A stretch of 64,000 nt of DNA from a bacterium. Its GTDB lineage: Bacteria > Electryoneota > Electryoneia > Electryoneales > Electryoneaceae. The notes below the pieces were generated by a model, which worked only from the letters and a program-made list of their open reading frames with translations, was not told the DNA's origin and did no database searches. Below are positions 41,389-51,961 of this stretch, in pieces. Every line of letters starts with the position of its first letter. Position 1 is the first letter of the stretch. A program made the position numbers and the translations under genes. Location of the stretch: the NCBI GenBank assembly GCA_963675295.2, contig CAXXKJ010000002.1:3424001-3488000 (forward strand), read 5' to 3'.

Positions 41389-42193
41389 TCAACCGGTAGC
41401 TGATAACGGCGCGGAACGAGACACCGATTGGTTCGTCCCGCAGGTGGAAGCGTTGCTGTTCGCGGCGGAAGAACCGTTGCGTGACGCGGACATCTCCGCC
41501 GTGCTGCCGGGGTTGCTTGAGGCGGGTGTCGGCCAGGTCATGGACGCGTTGGAGCATAAGTACAGGGACGGCGACCACGCGTTAACCGTACAGCGTGTCG
41601 CCGGCGGCTGGCGGCTGGCGACCCATCCCAACTACGCCGACCTCGTCCGCACGCATCTGAAGGGCAAGGTTCGCGGACGGTTGAGCAGGGCATCGCTGGA
41701 AACCGTTTCGATCATCGCCTACAAGCAGCCGGTCAGCCGTGCGGAAATCGAGCAGATGCGCGGCGTTGACAGCGTCCAGACGCTCCGTCACCTGATGGAC
41801 CGTGGCCTGATCAAGGCGTCCGGCCGGGCGGAAGCGCCGGGACGTCCGCTCTTGTACACCACCACCGCCGCATTTCTCACCTACTTCGGCCTGGACTCCC
41901 TCTTCGAGCTGCCCGATCCCGGCGAATTGCTCGCCGAACCGGACGAGGTGTCACAGGGCTCCGAGGTTCAGGTCGCGCGCGGCCCGTTTGCCGGTGGAGA
42001 TACCGGCGTCGAGCAGGAATGGTATCGTCCCCGATCGGACGGAGATGAAGCCGGCGCGCCCAAACAAGATCTTCCCGATGAGCAAGACGATCAACCGGAC
42101 GCCGAATTCATCGAAGCGGACAGCGCGGACGAATCCGCGGCTGCCGAATCCTCGGAATCGGAGTCCTCTGAGAAAGATCTGGGAGACAAGTAA
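41381..42193 (+). CDS. scpB: Segregation and condensation protein B with acidic tail
   Basis: VEALLFAAEEP, LSRASLETVSIIAYKQPVSRAEIE, GRPLLY.TT..FL.YFGL. Confidence 0.95.
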   Translation: MADQPVADNGAERDTDWFVPQVEALLFAAEEPLRDADISAVLPGLLEAGVGQVMDALEHKYRDGDHALTVQRVAGGWRLATHPNYADLVRTHLKGKVRGRLSRASLETVSIIAYKQPVSRAEIEQMRGVDSVQTLRHLMDRGLIKASGRAEAPGRPLLYTTTAAFLTYFGLDSLFELPDPGELLAEPDEVSQGSEVQVARGPFAGGDTGVEQEWYRPRSDGDEAGAPKQDLPDEQDDQPDAEFIEADSADESAAAESSESESSEKDLGDK

Positions 42194-42445
42194 GTCTGAT
42201 CCAGTTCCAGCACCAACGATCCTCCTCCCCATTCCATCCACAGTTTTCATCGTTTTTCTTCTTTTATCAATTCCCATTTTCGATGATGCAACCTGTTCAA
42301 AATGCACCAAATCGTCATCAACTTTCCAAAAGCAATTTCATCTGCTGCCCTGTTTGCACCTTCCCGAAAAATCCAAATTCAGTCCATAAACTGTTGTAAT
42401 GATAATGAGTTAAAAGACGTGAATCCGCAACATCTCCCCTCTCGC

Positions 42446-42463
42446 TTGTGACTCAACTCACAA
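42446..42463. promoter_or_regulatory. CRP/Rex-type palindromic operator upstream of the first OmpA gene
   Basis: TTGTGA-ctcaac-TCACAA; TTGACT follows about 20 bp downstream. Confidence 0.6.
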
Positions 42464-42712
42464 AATCTTCTACTGAAAATGTTGACTTTTTATCGTTACG
42501 CGAACAAAACTCATGATGGAGGATCGGACACTGGTTTGTCACGCCTCAGATTCGACCCGAGAACTAGTCCCCGGGTTCTGGCTCAGCACCTGCACTCCTG
42601 CTCCGCTCACCACCGGATCCGCATCCTTTGATCACAATCTCGAAAACAAAAAGCTGTTCATAAAGTGTGCAACGACCGCTTCCGGTGGAAGCACAACTGT
42701 TGGGGGTGATCG

Positions 42713-44158
42713 ATGAGAAAACTGTTCACGTTCTTTATCCTGGTTGGTTTGGTCTTCATGGCGGTTCCGGGCCATGCACTGGAGAAAAAGCCGGACGTGC
42801 TGCACTACGGCATCTCAGTTGGTGGTGCGATCGGGGACAACATTTACAATCGTGAGAACTGGGTGCCGCAGTTCCGTGGGCATCTCGGTCTCGAAGTCGC
42901 CTCCATGGTCTACACCGAGTTCGGCCTGCACTACGCCGGGCTTCGCGGTGACGCCACCCGCCGTGGGTTCAAGGGCTACAAAACGAACACCCTGATCGGC
43001 GACTGGCGGATGGTTTTCTCGCCGTTTGACATGTCACCGGTACAGCCGTTCATCTACGCCGGCTTCGGTGTCAGCAAGGATCTTCAGGTCAGCGACAGCG
43101 ACCTCTTGCCCGTCGTGCCGTTCGGTGCGGGACTGCGGTTTTACATCGCACCGAAACTGGCGATCGACCTCAGCGGAACGTACGACCTGTTTATCTCGGA
43201 CGATCTTGATGGCTACGAGCGTGAGGGCAAGAAAAACCCGATCAGCGGCGGCAAACACGACGCATTTTACGGGTTCATGGTCGGCTTGTCAGTTGTTCCG
43301 GAACGTGTGGACTGGGAAGCGCTCGAGCTCGCGGAGAAGCGGCGCATGGAAGAGGAAGCGCGCCTGGCGGCATTGGCTGCGGATCCGGACGGTGACGGCC
43401 TGACCACCGGCGACGAACAGAACAGCTACAAGACCGATTCGCAGGACCCGGACACCGACGACGACGGACTGCTCGACGGCGCCGAAATCCGTACATACTC
43501 GACGAATCCGTTGAAGGCGGACACCGACAGTGACGGTCTGGACGACGGCACCGAGGTCAACAAGTTCAAGTCGAATCCTTTGCTCACCGACACCGACGCC
43601 GACGGCTTGGCGGACGGTGTCGAGGTCAGCCTCTACAAGACCGATCCGGCGAACAATGATACGGACGGTGACGGTCTGCGTGACGGCGAAGAGATCAGCA
43701 TCTACAAGACCGATCCGACCATGGTCGACACCGACATGGGCGGTCTCAACGATGGAGCTGAGATCGAACGCGGCAAGGACCCGCTGAATCCGGACGATGA
43801 CGGTATAGTGCTGGAAACCGGCAATGAGCTTGTGCTGCACGGCATCAACTTCGAGCTCAACAGCGACAAGCTGACCCCGAATTCGATCACGATTCTGGAA
43901 GGTGTGTACGAGGCGCTGCTCGAGTTCCCGGACGCCGAAGTCATCATCGAGGGTCACTCGGACAGTTCCGGAAACGACGAATACAACCTGGCGCTGTCGC
44001 AGAAACGCGCGAATGCCGTGATGACGTGGCTGGTGCGCAAGGGAATCGACTCCCGCCGTCTCGAAGCGGTTGGTAAGGGTGAAACCGAACCGATCGCGGA
44101 CAACGGCACCGCGGAAGGGCGTGCGCAGAACCGCCGTATCGAGTTCTCGGTGAAGTAA
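42713..44158 (+). CDS. OmpA-family protein: beta-barrel, Ca-binding DxDGDGLxDGxE repeats, OmpA_C domain (paralog 1)
   Basis: Signal peptide, six DTDxDGL-type repeats, [31 protein letters not shown]. Confidence 0.93.
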   Translation: MRKLFTFFILVGLVFMAVPGHALEKKPDVLHYGISVGGAIGDNIYNRENWVPQFRGHLGLEVASMVYTEFGLHYAGLRGDATRRGFKGYKTNTLIGDWRMVFSPFDMSPVQPFIYAGFGVSKDLQVSDSDLLPVVPFGAGLRFYIAPKLAIDLSGTYDLFISDDLDGYEREGKKNPISGGKHDAFYGFMVGLSVVPERVDWEALELAEKRRMEEEARLAALAADPDGDGLTTGDEQNSYKTDSQDPDTDDDGLLDGAEIRTYSTNPLKADTDSDGLDDGTEVNKFKSNPLLTDTDADGLADGVEVSLYKTDPANNDTDGDGLRDGEEISIYKTDPTMVDTDMGGLNDGAEIERGKDPLNPDDDGIVLETGNELVLHGINFELNSDKLTPNSITILEGVYEALLEFPDAEVIIEGHSDSSGNDEYNLALSQKRANAVMTWLVRKGIDSRRLEAVGKGETEPIADNGTAEGRAQNRRIEFSVK

Positions 44159-44213
44159 GCCACGATTCTAAACAGTCGCGTCGCAGGCTGACGCAAGTTG
44201 AAAATTTCCAACT

Positions 44214-44247
44214 CATCCCTGCCGTTTCACGCGGCAGGGATGTTTTT
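44214..44247 (+). terminator. Rho-independent terminator
   Basis: catccctgccg-tttcacg-cggcagggatg followed by ttttt. Confidence 0.85.
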
Positions 44248-44394
44248 ATATTTGCCAGAGGGGATCAAATTCGATCTGGAACCCCGAATCCGATTTGACT
44301 GGAGATACGAGTAGCGCGCAATTGGTTCATTGCGATACTATTATGCCAACATGGGAAAGAGTTAAGGGTTGAAACACGAACCGAGGGGGTCAGG

Positions 44395-45837
44395 ATGAAG
44401 TCAGGGTCCAAGTTTGTGGTACTGTTGTTGTTGCTCGTGTTCGCCGCGCAGACGTATGCGGAGATGGACACATCGAACCTTCACTACGGTATCGCGGTTG
44501 GTGGAGCAATGGGCGATAACCGTCACAACCGGGAAAACTTGGTGCCCCAGTTCCGGGGTCACCTGGGGATTGATCTGATTCCAAGGCTGTGGGTTGAGTT
44601 TGGCATCCGCTATCATGAAATCGGTGCTGATCCAAACAAGCTTGGGAATTTCGGGTACGAGACGAACAACCTGATGCTTGATTGGCGTGCCGTTTTCACA
44701 CCGTGGCACATGTCTGATTGGCAACCATTTGTTTTCCTGGGGTACGGTGTCATTCAGGACATGGACAACGGTAGCAACGGCGTGATGCCGATGATTCCGA
44801 TGGGTCTGGGGTTGCGTTACTACCTGATGGAAACTCTCACCATCGACGGAACCCTGACCTACGACATCGCGCTGGATGACGACTGGGATGGGTATGAACG
44901 TCGCGGCAAGAAGAATCCGCTCACGGGCAACAAGCACGACTCCGCGTTTGGCTTCCTGCTCGGCTTGACCGTGGTGCCGGAACGTATCGACCATGAAGCC
45001 GTGGCCGCCGCGGAAAAGGCGCGCATGGAAGAGGAAGCCCGTCTCGCCGCGCTGGCGGCAGACCCGGATGGCGATGGCCTCACCACCGGCGACGAGCAGT
45101 CCATGTACAACACCGACCCGAACGTGGCGGACACGGACGGCGACGGCCTGATGGATGGCGCCGAGATTCGCACGCACCAGACCGACCCGACGATGGCCGA
45201 CACCGATGGTGACGGCCTTTCCGACGGTGACGAGGTCAACACCTACATGTCTAATCCGCTGGTTGCCGACAGTGATGGCGACGCCCTCGCGGACGGCGCC
45301 GAGGTGAACACATACGGAACCAACCCGGGCTCGATGGACACGGACGGCGATGGTCTCTCGGACGGTGACGAAGTCAACGTCCACATGACGAACCCGACCA
45401 GCATTGACACTGACCTCGGCGGCATGATTGACGGCATGGAGATCGAGAAGGGCCGCGACCCGTTGAACGGCGAGGACGACGGTATGGTGCTCGAAACCGG
45501 CAAGGAGCTGGTGCTGCACGACATCAATTTCGAGCTCAACAGCGACAAGTTGACGCCGAACTCGATCACCATCCTTGAAGAGGTTTACGCCGCGCTGATG
45601 GACTTCCCGGAAGCGGAAGTGATCATTGAAGGCCACTCGGACAGCTCGGGCAACGACGACTACAACCTGTCGCTGTCGCAGAAGCGCGCCGAAGCGGTCA
45701 AGACCTGGCTGGTCAACCGTGGCATTGACGCGAGCCGGATGGAGGCCGTCGGTATCGGTGAAGCCGATCCGATCGCGGACAACAGCACCGCGGAAGGCCG
45801 TGCCGAGAACCGCCGCATCGAGTTCAAGGTGAAGTAA
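44395..45837 (+). CDS. OmpA-family protein with Ca-binding repeats (paralog 2)
   Basis: Same architecture as 42713-44158. Confidence 0.93.
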   Translation: MKSGSKFVVLLLLLVFAAQTYAEMDTSNLHYGIAVGGAMGDNRHNRENLVPQFRGHLGIDLIPRLWVEFGIRYHEIGADPNKLGNFGYETNNLMLDWRAVFTPWHMSDWQPFVFLGYGVIQDMDNGSNGVMPMIPMGLGLRYYLMETLTIDGTLTYDIALDDDWDGYERRGKKNPLTGNKHDSAFGFLLGLTVVPERIDHEAVAAAEKARMEEEARLAALAADPDGDGLTTGDEQSMYNTDPNVADTDGDGLMDGAEIRTHQTDPTMADTDGDGLSDGDEVNTYMSNPLVADSDGDALADGAEVNTYGTNPGSMDTDGDGLSDGDEVNVHMTNPTSIDTDLGGMIDGMEIEKGRDPLNGEDDGMVLETGKELVLHDINFELNSDKLTPNSITILEEVYAALMDFPEAEVIIEGHSDSSGNDDYNLSLSQKRAEAVKTWLVNRGIDASRMEAVGIGEADPIADNSTAEGRAENRRIEFKVK

Positions 45838-45870
45838 CTCACGCAACGCAAGTCAGATTGAGTTTCTCAA

Positions 45871-45910
45871 GCCGTCCGGCATCGCATTGATTGCCGGACG
45901 GTTTTTCTTT
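45871..45910 (+). terminator. Rho-independent terminator
   Basis: ccgtccggca..tgccggacgg followed by tttttcttt. Confidence 0.8.
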
Positions 45911-46196
45911 GCCCATCACAGAGTGGCAGGATTGGTCGCTTTTTGTTGAAACGTCATACAATCTACCCCGCGTACTTGATAGCTGCACGACAGAAACTGG
46001 AGTTTTAAACGATGAATGCTCTTGGCTGAATTCAGCCGGTTTCCTATCCAGAAAAATCGTGAGATATTGCTTTGAATTCAGGTCTCTGGAATCATGCGCA
46101 GGAGCTGTTTATTTGACACGACATCACAGGTCCACATCGCTATCTTGGCGTTCGACCAACAGTCCCGGTTCCGGATAAGCTGCGAGAGGTTGAGGA

Positions 46197-48683
46197 ATGC
46201 CTGCCAGGCAAATACGTCTTACGATTGTCCTGCTGATTCTCTGCACCTTGTGCGCGCTTTCAGCTGACGTGATTGCCACACCGGACCCCACGTCAACACC
46301 GGCCAGCGCGGTTTCCGGCCGCGTGTTGGACAACACGACTCGTGAGCCGGTTGTCTCCGCTAACATTCTCCTCGTTGGCACGACTCTGGGTACAACAACC
46401 GATTTGAACGGATCGTTCACTCTCTCCAACCTCGAACCCGGCTCATACAGCCTGCAGGTCTCCGCGCTCGGATACCGTACCCAACTGGTGGATGAGATCA
46501 ACCTGCTGCCCAACCGAGTCCGCACCGTCGAAGTCCTGCTCGAGGAAACGGTCCTCGAAAACGAAGCCGTCACCTTTACCACCGGCTACTTCGCAAACAC
46601 GTCCCCGGATCTCCCCACCTCGTCTCGCTCGTTGCGCTATGAGGAAGTACGACGTGCGCCGGGTGCTGCGGAAGACGTGCAGCGGGCGATCCAGGCATTG
46701 CCCGGAGTGGCCGGAGAAAGTGACCAGAACAACGAGATCGTGGTCCGTGGTGGTGACCCTTCCGAAAATCTGACCGTGATGGACGGCATCGAGGTCGAGA
46801 ATATCAACCATTTCGGCTATGTCGGGTCTACCGGCGGGCCGGTGTCGGCGTTGAATAATGAATTCCTCCAGGATGTCACCTTCGCCTCCGGCGGATTTTC
46901 CGCCCGGTACGGCGACAAGCTTTCCAGCGTACTGGATCTGACCCTGCGCGAGGGATCGCGGTCCCGTTTCTCCGGCGCCGCCAACCTCGGCATGGCTGGA
47001 ATCGGCGGCAACGTGGAAGGTCCGATCCAGAACGGGCGCGGCTCGTACCTCATCGCCGCGCGTAAAAGCTACCTCGACTGGGTCGCCGGGGGGGGGACCG
47101 GGCTGACCTCCGTCCCCTACTACTGGAACACGCAGGCGAAGATCGCCTACGACCTCAGTTCCCGTCACCTGCTGACCGTCAATGCGCTGTACGCCAACGA
47201 CAAGATCCTCATCGACGAAGATGAGGAAGGCAGTTTCAGCCGTGGCGTCGAAAAAGTGGACACCAACAGCGACCGGCTCATCGCCGGCGCACGTCTGCGC
47301 AGCCTCTGGGGGGCAGGATACACGGATCTGGTTATTGCCGGTGTCGCCAGCGACTACTACTACGACGTCTACGAGATCGACTACAACGCCGCCGGTGATC
47401 GGCTCGAAAGCCGCTGGGCGAAGCAGACCATTGACGAGAACACCTATCAGGTCAGCCTGCACTGGAACGGGAACGGGTTCGGCTATGACGACTGGGGCGC
47501 CGGTGTGGTCTGGAAACCTGTCGAGTTCACGCAGGACACCTGGCGTCAACCGGACACCACCGTCTTCAATGACGGTTACCTCCAAACCCTCGGATTCCCG
47601 GTTCCGGCGGATGGGTTGCCGGATACTGTGGCCTACGCTGACTACGTCAACCGGCTCGGGCTGAAATCCAGCAAGTTCGGCGGCTACCTGCAGTATCGTT
47701 GGCGGCCAGTGAACCGTTTCTCATTGCTCGCAGGTGCCCGGTACGACGGTTTCGCATTCTCAGACGATCACACGGTCGCCCCACGATTGTCCTTGTCCTG
47801 GCTTCTGCATCGTGACATCGAGCTGACGGCCGCGTACGGGATCTACTACCAGGCGCAACCGTTATTCCAGTATGTCTGGGACCCGTTCGGCGGCAACGAA
47901 ACCCTCCCCCATATCCGCGCGGATCAGTACGTGCTCGGCATCAGCCTCGAGCCGCGAAGTTCAACCCGTCTCAGCGTGGAAGGCTACTACAAGGAATACT
48001 CAGACCTGCTGGTGCCCGAGGAAGCGGTCGTCCGTGAAACCACCGGCAACTACTTCTTCGACAGCGAACGCATGCTGGCCGATCGCGCCAAAACCGCCTG
48101 GGGCGTGGAAGTCTTCGCGCAGCAACGGATGTCGGCGAACTGGTACGGAACCTTCAGCTACTCCTACGGGAAGGCGGAAACCGATGATCCGGCGTGGGGC
48201 GTTCACCCTGCGAGCTATGATTTCCGGCACGTATCGACCCTCGTGCTCGGCTACCGTACCTCGCTGCTGCAGTATGACTGGTATCGCAAACAGCTGGACC
48301 AGCCGTGGGGCATCGTGTTGCGTGTCCTGCCGTTAAACGGGGACGAATTGCAGCTCTCGACCCGTTACCGCTTCATCAGCGGCCGGCCGTACACGCCACA
48401 GGTGTGGTACGAGGAGGGCGAGGCGTCGCCTGATCCCATCTACGAAGCTCACTGGGCGCCGGACGACCGCAACAGCGCGAACTACCCGTCCTATTCACGC
48501 TGGGACGTTCGTCTCGACAACAAGTATTACTTCGGGAAAACGTCGCTCACCTTCTACCTCGAAGTGCAGAATGTCCTCGACCGGAAGAACGTTTCCGACT
48601 ACGCGTACGGCGACGACGGCGAGGTCGATACCATTTACCAGTTCCGCTTTTTCTTCGTCGGCGGGATTCGATTTGAGTTCTAG
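46197..48683 (+). CDS. TonB-dependent receptor with N-terminal CarboxypepD_reg-like domain
   Basis: VSGRVLD..GTTTDLNG, plug DVQRAIQALPGV..IVVRGG, GGFSARYGDKLSS, ends GIRFEF. Confidence 0.93.
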   Translation: MPARQIRLTIVLLILCTLCALSADVIATPDPTSTPASAVSGRVLDNTTREPVVSANILLVGTTLGTTTDLNGSFTLSNLEPGSYSLQVSALGYRTQLVDEINLLPNRVRTVEVLLEETVLENEAVTFTTGYFANTSPDLPTSSRSLRYEEVRRAPGAAEDVQRAIQALPGVAGESDQNNEIVVRGGDPSENLTVMDGIEVENINHFGYVGSTGGPVSALNNEFLQDVTFASGGFSARYGDKLSSVLDLTLREGSRSRFSGAANLGMAGIGGNVEGPIQNGRGSYLIAARKSYLDWVAGGGTGLTSVPYYWNTQAKIAYDLSSRHLLTVNALYANDKILIDEDEEGSFSRGVEKVDTNSDRLIAGARLRSLWGAGYTDLVIAGVASDYYYDVYEIDYNAAGDRLESRWAKQTIDENTYQVSLHWNGNGFGYDDWGAGVVWKPVEFTQDTWRQPDTTVFNDGYLQTLGFPVPADGLPDTVAYADYVNRLGLKSSKFGGYLQYRWRPVNRFSLLAGARYDGFAFSDDHTVAPRLSLSWLLHRDIELTAAYGIYYQAQPLFQYVWDPFGGNETLPHIRADQYVLGISLEPRSSTRLSVEGYYKEYSDLLVPEEAVVRETTGNYFFDSERMLADRAKTAWGVEVFAQQRMSANWYGTFSYSYGKAETDDPAWGVHPASYDFRHVSTLVLGYRTSLLQYDWYRKQLDQPWGIVLRVLPLNGDELQLSTRYRFISGRPYTPQVWYEEGEASPDPIYEAHWAPDDRNSANYPSYSRWDVRLDNKYYFGKTSLTFYLEVQNVLDRKNVSDYAYGDDGEVDTIYQFRFFFVGGIRFEF

Positions 48684-48829
48684 TCCGGGCCGTAATACAC
48701 GGCATGGTGTTGCGCTTCTCAGTGGGCCGCAAACCCCCGAGACGGGAGGTTTGTTTGGTTGACCATTTGCGTTACATCTCCGATATTGCTAGACCAAACT
48801 TGTGAAAACCGGAACCAGTGAGGTGGGCA

Positions 48830-50578
48830 ATGGATGTGCGCGGAAAGAAGGGGATGGTGCTCGGCGGTTTTGGTCTTGTCGGCATGGCGGTGTGCCGCAA
48901 ACTGGCCAGCGAAGGGGTGAATGAACTGATCGTCACCTCGTTGAAGGAACAGGAAGCGAACAGTGCCTGCGCCACCTTGTCCAGCGAATATCCGGACGTC
49001 ACCTTCACCCCCGCTTGGGGCGACCTGTTCGTCCGTACGGATTTTAAGGATTCCTCCCGCCGGGACGTCATGTCCGACCCGGACAAGCGCCGCACCTTCA
49101 TCCGTGACTTGCTCGATCCGCTCATCCCGGAAGTGTATCAGCGAATCACGTTGTATGATCAAATCGTCACGAACAAGCCGTACTTCGTGATCGACTGCAT
49201 CAACACCGCGACCGGGATTGCGTACCAGGACGTGTACGAGCAGTCGGAAAAGGTGCTCGACAAACTTGACCGTTACCGTGACAAGCCAGTGGACGACGAG
49301 CTCACCGACGTCGTCGAGGACCTGATCGCGAGCATGAACGCCCCGCAGCTCGTGCGTCACATCCAGATCCTTCACAACGCGCTGATCGATGGCGCGTGCC
49401 GTGGCTACCTCAAGGTCGGAACCACCGGTACCGGCGGCATGGGCCTCAACATTCCGTATACCCACAGCGAGGACCGGCCGAGCCGTGTCCTGCTGACCAA
49501 GAACGCGATGGGTGGCGCGCAGACGTTGATGTTGTTCCTGATGGGCCGGACGCCGTTGCAGCAGGATGACGGCTCCATCCGTGAGATCTTCGTCAAGGAG
49601 ATCAAGCCCGCGGCTGCAATCGCGTGGAAAGGTGTCAAGGCTGGCGAAATCCGCAAGCGCGGCGTATCGTTCCCGCGTTTCAACATGCCGATGGACAAGG
49701 CGTTGCCGCTGGGTGATGTCGTTTCCAGCCGTGCGGAAGACGGTCCGTGGTCCCGTAACGGCGACGATACCCTGAAGAGCGTCTACATCGATACCGGCGA
49801 AAACGGGATTTTCTCGGAAGGCGAGTTTACCGCGATCACCGAGATGGGCCAGATGGAATTTGTTACGCCGGAAGAAATCGCGCAACAGGTGGCGTGGGAA
49901 CTGATGGGCGGAAATTCGGGCCATGATGTGATTGGTGCGTTGGACGCGTCCGTGCTCGAACCGACGTACCGCGCTGGTGTGTTGCGCCAGGTGGCGTTGG
50001 ATAAGCTTCGCTACGTCAAGAAGCAGTGGGAAGAAGACGGCGCAGACCTGGACGAATCGGTCGCGTTCGAGCTGCTCGGCCCGCCGCGGCTGACCAAGCT
50101 GCTGCACGAGGCGAACCTGATCCGTCACGCGTACCAGACGATGCGCGCGGCGTCGATGGCGAAACCGGGCGAGATCGCGGACGAATGCCGCTCGGTGCTT
50201 GGCCGCAACGAGAAGCTGCGTAGCGCGATCCTCAGCGTCGGTGTGCCGGTGCTGCTGCCGGACGGGAAAAGCTACCTCCGTGGACCGAACCTGCTGATCC
50301 CGCATCACGCCGTCCAGACCGAGTTCGACGCGACGCCGGAAAACATCGACTACTGGTGCGATAAGGGCTGGGTGGATTTGCGTCCGTCCAACATGGAACG
50401 CTGGCTCGGCTGGTTCGACGCGATCCTCCGTCAGAAAGACGAACGCCCGAGCGACGATACAAGTAGCCGCTTCGACTTCGACGAAACGTATTTCGATCCG
50501 GATGAAGAGATCAACCCCGGGAAGATGGCCGGCTGGATCTTCATCAACATCGACAAGGGTAAGCGGGTGAAGCGGTAA
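48830..50578 (+). CDS. Large Rossmann-fold (SDR-like) protein, function unknown
   Basis: N-terminal LGGFGLVG..CR; DCINTAT; KVGTTGTGGMGLNIPYTHSE. Confidence 0.7.
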   Translation: MDVRGKKGMVLGGFGLVGMAVCRKLASEGVNELIVTSLKEQEANSACATLSSEYPDVTFTPAWGDLFVRTDFKDSSRRDVMSDPDKRRTFIRDLLDPLIPEVYQRITLYDQIVTNKPYFVIDCINTATGIAYQDVYEQSEKVLDKLDRYRDKPVDDELTDVVEDLIASMNAPQLVRHIQILHNALIDGACRGYLKVGTTGTGGMGLNIPYTHSEDRPSRVLLTKNAMGGAQTLMLFLMGRTPLQQDDGSIREIFVKEIKPAAAIAWKGVKAGEIRKRGVSFPRFNMPMDKALPLGDVVSSRAEDGPWSRNGDDTLKSVYIDTGENGIFSEGEFTAITEMGQMEFVTPEEIAQQVAWELMGGNSGHDVIGALDASVLEPTYRAGVLRQVALDKLRYVKKQWEEDGADLDESVAFELLGPPRLTKLLHEANLIRHAYQTMRAASMAKPGEIADECRSVLGRNEKLRSAILSVGVPVLLPDGKSYLRGPNLLIPHHAVQTEFDATPENIDYWCDKGWVDLRPSNMERWLGWFDAILRQKDERPSDDTSSRFDFDETYFDPDEEINPGKMAGWIFINIDKGKRVKR

Positions 50579-50580
50579 GA

Positions 50581-50649
50581 ACGGTTGACGGTAATCGGTA
50601 TTCGGTTGTCGGTAAAATCTCAAATCCCCGGGTTGTGGCCCGGGGATTT
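50581..50649. repeat. Heptamer array (xCGGTxx x5) plus bidirectional terminator hairpin
   Basis: acggttg acggtaa tcggtat tcggttg tcggtaa; aaatccccggg..cccggggattt. Confidence 0.8.
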
Positions 50650-50665
50650 CTCTGTCTGGCCGATC

Positions 50666-51961
50666 CTATTTCAAGTGACCCCAGAACCGTTCGAAGTCCT
50701 GCTGGTAGCTCATGCAGCCAGCGTTGAGGGCGTCGACATCCATCGTTCGCCACTTGGGATTCATCGCCTCGGCGCGGGCGCGGTCGAGGTTGGTGTCGTT
50801 GATCCAACCGTCGATGTAGGTGACGGGTTCGTATTCGTGAATCGGTTTTGTATAAATCCAGCCGTCGCAGAAGTCGATGATGGAAAAGATGCCGTCGTTG
50901 GCTGGCGGGATGTAGTCCCCTACCCCATCGTCCGACGTTGATCCCAGGCCCTGCGGGCGGTCGTAGCCATGCATGTACACCGCATCGGTGATCGGAAGAC
51001 GTTCCAGCGGTGAGTCGGCGACATCGAACCCGGTTGCGAACGGGCCGGCGTCGCGGTTGAGCATGAACGCGTCCAGCCGTCCCCCGGCCGGATGCACGAA
51101 ATCGGCGTCGTATCCAGCGGTGGTGTTCCACGGGGCGTGCAGGAAGACGGTGACGACGTCGGTACCGAGCGAATCGCGGAGGACGTTGCCCATGCGGATC
51201 CGTCCCCAGCTCACGAATGCGCCGTCCTTGACGACGGGTTGCCGGTAGCCGGTGAACGCGTGGTGGATGCCGCAGTGGACCAGGACCTTCGCGCTGTCGG
51301 CGTTGACGGATGTGAGGATCGGCGTCGCCCAGTCGGCTTCGGTCTGGCCATTCAGCACGCGATCCCAGACGGCGTCGTCCTCCCAGTCCGCTTCGGTCTT
51401 GAATTGGCTGAAATCGAGCGTGTTGTTCAGGCCGAGGACGCGGAGCGCGGGATCGCCGGGCGTGCGGTTATGATTGACCAGCCACGCGGCGTGCAGGATG
51501 TCGATGTAGTCCTGGTAGCCCCACGGCATGAACTGGCGGAACTGAATCTCGCGGGCGGTGGCTGACGACCACTCCGGTGCGTTGACCAGCGAGTCAATCA
51601 ATGGCTGGTCCGAGCGGCGGGCGAATTCGGTGGCGAAGGTGGTGACGCCGGACGCGTGCAACGGCGCGAGCAATGACGCGACGAACTGTTCATCATGCTT
51701 GATCCGGTGCTGCTCACCGAGGATGACGACGTCGTGATGCGCGAACAGGCTGGCGATGTAATCGTCCGGGTCGCGACCGTAGTAGTCGAACCACGTTTCC
51801 AGCTCGGCCTGGAGGTCGTCGGAGATGGCAGGCGGGTCGATCATGCTGGATGACGACGTGTCGCAGCAGGACGTGAACAGGGTGATGGGTAGCGTGAACG
51901 CCAGAAGTGGCAGCAGCATTGACAGCGATGTGCGTCGGATCAAACCCAGCTTGGTAACCAT
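50666..51961 (-). CDS. Probable lipoprotein, ChaN/erythromycin-esterase-like fold
   Basis: GGGGGAG RBS before MVTKLG; signal ending FTSCC; VVILGEQH, FATEF, VLVHCGIHH. Confidence 0.65.
   Translation of the reverse strand: MVTKLGLIRRTSLSMLLPLLAFTLPITLFTSCCDTSSSSMIDPPAISDDLQAELETWFDYYGRDPDDYIASLFAHHDVVILGEQHRIKHDEQFVASLLAPLHASGVTTFATEFARRSDQPLIDSLVNAPEWSSATAREIQFRQFMPWGYQDYIDILHAAWLVNHNRTPGDPALRVLGLNNTLDFSQFKTEADWEDDAVWDRVLNGQTEADWATPILTSVNADSAKVLVHCGIHHAFTGYRQPVVKDGAFVSWGRIRMGNVLRDSLGTDVVTVFLHAPWNTTAGYDADFVHPAGGRLDAFMLNRDAGPFATGFDVADSPLERLPITDAVYMHGYDRPQGLGSTSDDGVGDYIPPANDGIFSIIDFCDGWIYTKPIHEYEPVTYIDGWINDTNLDRARAEAMNPKWRTMDVDALNAGCMSYQQDFERFWGHLK

Noticed and set aside
43380-43800. Regular DNA repeats inside the OmpA genes as a nucleic-acid-level array
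   Set aside because: Fully explained by protein-level Ca-binding DxDGDG repeats with synonymous variation.
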